From assembly GCA_965237675.1 (NCBI GenBank), contig OZ250150.1:3584001-3648000 (forward strand): a stretch of 64,000 bases of DNA, in the 5' to 3' direction. Positions within the stretch are counted from its first letter, which is position 1; each line of letters opens with the position of its first letter. Both the position numbers and the translations under genes were made by a program. Origin of the DNA: Candidatus Latescibacterota bacterium (GTDB taxonomy: Bacteria; Latescibacterota; UBA2968; GCA-2709665). Under the pieces are notes generated by a model that was given only the letters and a program-made list of their open reading frames with translations, searched no databases and was not told the DNA's origin. This document shows positions 58,958 to 64,000 of this stretch, piece after piece.

Positions 58958-59488
58958 ATGGCTGATTCAGAGATGAGGGTGGTTCCGGGCTGGCGGGGAA
59001 GGTGCTTTGAGGATTTCGACGTGGGCGACGTTTACCGGAGTCGGTTCGGGCGGACGGTAACGCAGTCGGACAACCAGCTTTTTACGCATCTGACGATGAA
59101 TACAAACCCACTGCATTTTGACGAAGAGTACGCCCGGCGGACGCGCTGGGGAAAGATTCTTGTGAACAGTACCTTTACGCTGGCGCTGATTGTCGGAATG
59201 AGTGTGCAGGACGTAAGCGAGCAGGCGATGGCGAACCTGGGCTGGAGCGAAATCCGGCTTCCCAACCCTGTGTTTGTGGGCGATACGCTATATTGCGAGA
59301 CGGAGGTACTCGGAAAGCGAGCGTCGAAGTCCATTTCGGAAGTGGGCATTGTGAAGGTGCGGTCGAGGGGAGTGAATCAGGACGGCCGCGTCGTCATCAA
59401 TTTGGTTCGCAGCGTGATGATTTATAAGAGGGCGCACGCGCCTTCGGAAGATGCCTTTCCGAAGATTCATGAGGAGACAGACGGGTGA
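58958..59488 (+). CDS. MaoC-family (hot-dog fold) acyl-CoA dehydratase/hydratase
   Basis: FEDFDVG, RTVTQSD...TMNTNPLHFD, NLGW, PVFVGDTL. Confidence 0.88.
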   Translation: MADSEMRVVPGWRGRCFEDFDVGDVYRSRFGRTVTQSDNQLFTHLTMNTNPLHFDEEYARRTRWGKILVNSTFTLALIVGMSVQDVSEQAMANLGWSEIRLPNPVFVGDTLYCETEVLGKRASKSISEVGIVKVRSRGVNQDGRVVINLVRSVMIYKRAHAPSEDAFPKIHEETDG

Positions 59489-60345
59489 AAGCGATGCGTT
59501 CCTGGCTCTTCGTACCGGGCCACCGCCAGCCGATGATCGATAAGGCCTTGGGCCTGCCGGCGGATGTCCTGATATTCGATCTGGAGGACGGCGTCCCGGA
59601 GGCCGGGAAGGACGTTTCGCGTCGGCAGGTGGCTGCCGCGTTGGGCCGCGCGCCTGGCCGCGCCCTGCGATTCGTGAGAGTTCATAGCGCCGGATCTTCC
59701 GGATTGGACGCCGATATGGGGGTCATTACGCGGGCAGGGTTACACGGACTCGTGTTGCCCAAAGTGCAATGTCCGGAGGATGTGCTCCAGATGCAACGGT
59801 GGCTGGATCGGCACGAGACGAAAGTTGGGATTCCCTCCGGCGGCGTCAAGCTTCTGGCAACCATTGAGAGCGCTCGGGGACTGGTTCACGCGCCTGCAAT
59901 CGCTTCTGCCACATCCCGGCTGGTGGGGCTCCTGTTTGGCGCGGAGGATTTCGCGCTGGATCTGGGCCTCTTTTCACACGCCGGAAAGGGATTGCTCAAC
60001 TACGCGCGGTCGGCGCTGGCGGTGGCTGCGGCAAGCGGACAGATCCGGGCCATAGACAGGGTTTTTACCGAAATTCGGGATCCCGACGGACTCGCCGTCG
60101 ACGCGCGCCATGCCCGGGAACTGGGGCTATCCGGAAAAGCCGTGATACATCCGGATCAGATCGACGCGGTGAATGGGATTTTCAGCCCCTCGGATGTCGA
60201 AGTGACGCGAGCCCGCCGGATTGTAAATGCTTGCGGACAGCGGACAGACGGCGGTGCGACGACCGTGGACGGCCGGATGGTGGACCGTCCAGTTGTGGAA
60301 CGGGCCCGATGGATTCTGGAACGCCTCAAAGAAGAGCGTGCGTGA
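59485..60345 (+). CDS. CitE/HpcH family CoA-ester lyase
   Basis: RSWLFVPG, DLEDGV, LPKV, IESARG, FGAED, GKAVIHPDQI, DGRMVDRP. Confidence 0.9.
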   Translation: MKAMRSWLFVPGHRQPMIDKALGLPADVLIFDLEDGVPEAGKDVSRRQVAAALGRAPGRALRFVRVHSAGSSGLDADMGVITRAGLHGLVLPKVQCPEDVLQMQRWLDRHETKVGIPSGGVKLLATIESARGLVHAPAIASATSRLVGLLFGAEDFALDLGLFSHAGKGLLNYARSALAVAAASGQIRAIDRVFTEIRDPDGLAVDARHARELGLSGKAVIHPDQIDAVNGIFSPSDVEVTRARRIVNACGQRTDGGATTVDGRMVDRPVVERARWILERLKEERA

Positions 60346-60493
60346 GGCGTAACGGCCGGTAGACCGGTCGCGGAGAGTCTGCCTTTCGTGCATTCTCCCG
60401 AACGAGGATGAAACGGAGCGAGCCAGGGCGGAGTCACGAGACGCCCGAGGTGGGTCGCCAGCGGCAGTTCGGTTCGAGGAACGAGAGGGTCTC

Positions 60494-61699
60494 TTGCACG
60501 ATCAACACCGACACCCGCCCCTGAGTGGAATCCGGATTGTCTCCGTGGAGCAGTTCGGGGCGGGACCGTGGGCAACGATGATGCTGGCGGACCTCGGGGC
60601 GGAAATCATCAAAGTCGAGAACCCGGAGACCGGTGGCGACGTCGCACGTTACGTGCCGCCATATACCGCTGAACAGGATAGCGTGTATTTCCAGAGTTTC
60701 AACCGAAACAAGATGAGCATGACTCTGAATTTGCAGCATCCGGGAGCCAGGGAGGTGTTGCATCGGCTGGTGAGGATTTCGGATGGGGTGTTCAACAACC
60801 TGCGCGGGGATCTGCCCGGCCGGTTGGGGCTCGACTATCCGGCTCTGAGGGAGGTCAGGTCTTCGATTGTATGCTGCTCCCTTTCCGCCTTCGGACGCAA
60901 TGGGTCTCGAGCAGGCGAGCCAGGTTACGATTATCTGATGCAGGGATATGCCGGATGGATGAGCCTTACGGGCGATCCGGACGGCCCGCCGACAAAAACC
61001 GGACTGTCGCTCGTGGACCTGGGCGCGGGCGCCATGGCGTCTCTGGGCATGGTCAGCGCGATTTTCAGCGCCAGACAGACGGGCCTGGGGTGCGACGTGG
61101 ACGTGAGTCTGTTCGATACTGCGCTGGCGCAACTCGGATATGTGGCGGCGTGGCATCTGACGAAGGGTTATCAGCCGCAGAGGATGCCGGACTCTTCTCA
61201 TCCGTCGCAGATTCCATCCCAGGTGGTGCCGACCAAGGACGGATGGCTCGTGGTAATGTGCGCAAAGGAGAAGTTTTTTCGAAATCTGATACGTATCCTG
61301 GGTGTGCCGGAACTGGCGCAAGACGCGCGATTCCGGTGTTTTTCGGATCGTCTGGAGAATCGGGATGTGCTGATTCCGATCCTTAAGGATCTGTTCAGGA
61401 AGAAAACAACTCTCGATTGGCTGGGGCTGCTCAAGGGCGAGGTGCCTTGCGCCCCGGTGAATACGGTGTCGGAGGCCTTTGCCGACCCTCACGTGGTCGA
61501 AAACGATATGGTACTGGAGTTACCGCATCCGGAGTTCGGTACCGCCCGGGTGGTGGCGAGTCCCATCAAGGTCGGCGGCGCATCGATTGAACACCGGCGA
61601 GGTCCCGCGCTGGGAGAACACAACGAGCCGATTCTGGGGGACTATCTCGGATTTTCAACCGCGGAGATTGAGAAACTCCGCATTGATGGCGCCATTTGA
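60494..61699 (+). CDS. Family III CoA-transferase (CaiB/BaiF)
   Basis: AGPWATMMLADLGAEIIKVE, NRNK, PGYD, VDLGAG, PALGEHN. Confidence 0.92.
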   Translation: MHDQHRHPPLSGIRIVSVEQFGAGPWATMMLADLGAEIIKVENPETGGDVARYVPPYTAEQDSVYFQSFNRNKMSMTLNLQHPGAREVLHRLVRISDGVFNNLRGDLPGRLGLDYPALREVRSSIVCCSLSAFGRNGSRAGEPGYDYLMQGYAGWMSLTGDPDGPPTKTGLSLVDLGAGAMASLGMVSAIFSARQTGLGCDVDVSLFDTALAQLGYVAAWHLTKGYQPQRMPDSSHPSQIPSQVVPTKDGWLVVMCAKEKFFRNLIRILGVPELAQDARFRCFSDRLENRDVLIPILKDLFRKKTTLDWLGLLKGEVPCAPVNTVSEAFADPHVVENDMVLELPHPEFGTARVVASPIKVGGASIEHRRGPALGEHNEPILGDYLGFSTAEIEKLRIDGAI

Positions 61700-61773
61700 A
61701 TGACCGGGTCAACGTTGACCACCTGCGCGGACTCGTGGGGTGACGGATCCGCCGCCACAGCAAAGGAGGCCTA

Positions 61774-62619
61774 ATGGGCGAAATGTTAACACTGCCTGCA
61801 CACTACTACCGTCAGCACGATGCGGATCTGGGCGCGGACATTCCAGGGCGCGGTTACGCCGGTTGGACCACGCGGATGCTGGACGTGCCACTTGAAAGGA
61901 CGGCGCTGGTCAGCATGCACGCGTGGAATCCCGGTCTGGTAGACGAAATCCCACCCGGGCCGGGGTCGCCGTACGACGGCTGGTTCCGCATGGTGGAGTA
62001 TCTGCCGAGGGCGATGAGGATTTCGCAAAACGTCTTTCCGCCGCTTCTGCGGGCGGCAAGGGAGGCCGGGCTGTCTGTGATTCACGTGGGATCGAGCGAG
62101 AGTTATACGGCGTCTTACGACGAATACCAGCGCATTAAGACGGTGGCTGGAGGGGAGCCGAAAGCGGCGCCGGGCGCGGTGGACGATGCGTTGAAGAAAC
62201 AGTGGCAGGCGGATCGGGGCAGGCAGATGACCGGCGCCCACAACCAGCCGGACATCGCGGCCGGGTTCAAGCATATCGATTTTGCGCCGCAGGCGATTCC
62301 GGAAGCCGACGAGGCCGTGGTGATCAATTCCCACCAGCTCAACGCGGTCTGCCGGGAGCGGGGTATCTGGCACCTGATCTATATCGGGTTTGCCATCAAC
62401 TGGTGCCTTCTCGCCAGCCCGGGAGGTATGATCGATATGGGACGGATGGGGTACGTGTGCTCGACCATCCGTCAGGCGACAACGGCGGTGGAAAACGGGG
62501 AAAGTTGCACGGATGAACTGGCCAAGGAGATTGCGCTGTGGCGGGTGGCATTGATGTTCGGTTACGTGTTTGACGTGGATCCGGTGATAGACGCTCTCGG
62601 TCAACTGTCGGATGGATGA
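61774..62619 (+). CDS. Isochorismatase-like cysteine hydrolase family protein
   Basis: TALVSMH, AAREAGLSVIH, LIYIGFAINWC; AAGGAGG SD. Confidence 0.6.
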   Translation: MGEMLTLPAHYYRQHDADLGADIPGRGYAGWTTRMLDVPLERTALVSMHAWNPGLVDEIPPGPGSPYDGWFRMVEYLPRAMRISQNVFPPLLRAAREAGLSVIHVGSSESYTASYDEYQRIKTVAGGEPKAAPGAVDDALKKQWQADRGRQMTGAHNQPDIAAGFKHIDFAPQAIPEADEAVVINSHQLNAVCRERGIWHLIYIGFAINWCLLASPGGMIDMGRMGYVCSTIRQATTAVENGESCTDELAKEIALWRVALMFGYVFDVDPVIDALGQLSDG

Positions 62620-62695
62620 TGGCGAGTGTGGGAATCGAAACCCGTCCCTCAAGACACGATTGGTTGGCGGTTCAGGAGAGAATTTCCTGCCGTCG

Positions 62696-64000
62696 TCAGA
62701 ATTTGTGATAGTCGACGGATCGTGATTCGGAAACGACGAGATTCCCTCGAACGTCGAGCAGGGAACCGGCGGCGACGAGGCCGGCGTCGATTTCATCACC
62801 CGCGGCTCGGACGTGCGCGAACTCGGCATCCGTCCGGATGCCGTCGAAAGCGAACGTACTGTCGGGCCCCGCGGTCAGGACGGTGTCGGCCACGTTGCCA
62901 CGACGAATGCGAATGGCGCAGCCTTCGGCGTTTCCGCTGGCGTCAATCTCGGGTGGGGAGGCGTTCTTGTGGTACGGGACGAGCGCCACAATACAGAACA
63001 GCGGGCTCCAGAACCAGTCGTAGCGCAACCGGGGATGGTCAAAGAAAGTTTCCTCGCGCCAGCGGCCCGGCCACGGGGTCGCGATCTGGACGTCGCACCG
63101 GTTTTCCCGCGTGCCGCCGACGATGGAGACCCGGTCCCGACCGCACTCGAGGCGATTGCCGGCCGCGGTGTGCAACAGCCAGGACAGCATCGGACGGTCG
63201 TGCATCTCAAAGTCCAGACGATCGACGATGATCACGGCGGCAGGCGCGCCGCGATCATCCGGCAGGCAGAGCACCCGTCGGACGAACCGTTGCGCGCAGG
63301 CGTAGCTATCGCCCGCTTCCGCCTCGATATAGGGGAAGGACCCCTGGATGTCCGCACGGACGATGCCGTCGTTGCGCGCGGGGCCGCGACGTTGCATTTC
63401 ACCCATGACAAGAGGCAGATTGTGGGCTTCACCCAGCGCGCCCAGGCGAAGGACTTCGGTGGTGCCGGGAAGCCTCTCGAGGGCGTATCCGGAATCGCAG
63501 GCAAAGCCCTCTCCGAGGGCGTGCAGAGCGAAGTGGTTACGATCGGCCTGCCGGTGGCCGCCTGCGGGAAAAACGTCGCATAGAAATGAGAGAAAAAAAT
63601 CGCCGGGCTGCCATCCGGAGCGGACGTCCACCAGCCCCCTGTTGCGAAAGTGCCTGACACCCCGTAGGTCCAGGCCATCCGGCGACACGGGTTCTACCGA
63701 CGGATCGAAGTACAGCAGGTAACGGGTGACGGTGTCGACCCAGGCTTCGTCCGGGGCCTGCCAGAATTCACCGTGGGCCGGAGGATTATCGATACGCTGC
63801 CAGAGCCACTGGGCGAGGCCGTTCTTCTGTTGAGAAGCCAACAGGGAAAGCCATTCGATGTGAAACTGGTCACCGCAGTCGTTTAGCGGATTCGGCCGCC
63901 CCGTGGCGGGTATGAGTTCATACGCCAAGCCTTCCGCGATGCGTTCCCACCCCGTATGGTCTGTGAGTTCCCGATCTCCGCAGACGGCCAGCGCCAGGGC
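62696..64000 (-). CDS. Heparinase II/III-like (polysaccharide lyase) protein, 5' end outside the window
   Basis: VRSGW, GHRQADRNHFALHALG...DSGY, AHN motifs; the reading frame stays open to position 64000. Confidence 0.7.
   Translation of the reverse strand, partial: ALALAVCGDRELTDHTGWERIAEGLAYELIPATGRPNPLNDCGDQFHIEWLSLLASQQKNGLAQWLWQRIDNPPAHGEFWQAPDEAWVDTVTRYLLYFDPSVEPVSPDGLDLRGVRHFRNRGLVDVRSGWQPGDFFLSFLCDVFPAGGHRQADRNHFALHALGEGFACDSGYALERLPGTTEVLRLGALGEAHNLPLVMGEMQRRGPARNDGIVRADIQGSFPYIEAEAGDSYACAQRFVRRVLCLPDDRGAPAAVIIVDRLDFEMHDRPMLSWLLHTAAGNRLECGRDRVSIVGGTRENRCDVQIATPWPGRWREETFFDHPRLRYDWFWSPLFCIVALVPYHKNASPPEIDASGNAEGCAIRIRRGNVADTVLTAGPDSTFAFDGIRTDAEFAHVRAAGDEIDAGLVAAGSLLDVRGNLVVSESRSVDYHKF

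Overview
GC-rich bacterial chromosomal window. It has a diderm envelope (an Omp85/POTRA gene and a large outer-membrane protein), and its gene content (sulfatase, several PhyH dioxygenases and Gfo/Idh/MocA oxidoreductases, an FN3/cadherin/Calx-beta lipoprotein) resembles uncultured FCB-related, often sponge-associated lineages; that lineage assignment is inference only. Core genes are dppC, rplM-rpsI-rpsB-tsf-frr (no pyrH) and dapL. Accessory content comprises a defence island at about 16.5-26.3 kb (PD-(D/E)XK nuclease, radC, UvrD helicase fused to an Fe-S nuclease, type III mod and res, truncated vapC), a complete IS1182-family element, a mazEF-like pair, a signal-peptide-bearing TldD/TldE-like pair, a MaoC-CitE-CoA transferase III cluster, at least six short repeat/MITE families and several decaying genes. 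The two best leads are (1) a promoter- and terminator-bounded, highly structured RNA of about 255 nt upstream of rplM, with 15-nt complementarity to the 16S rRNA 3' end and an 11-codon ORF, and (2) a type III Res subunit whose C-terminal tail looks like a VapB-type antitoxin translationally coupled to a PIN toxin. All calls come from reading motifs by eye; no database searches were run.
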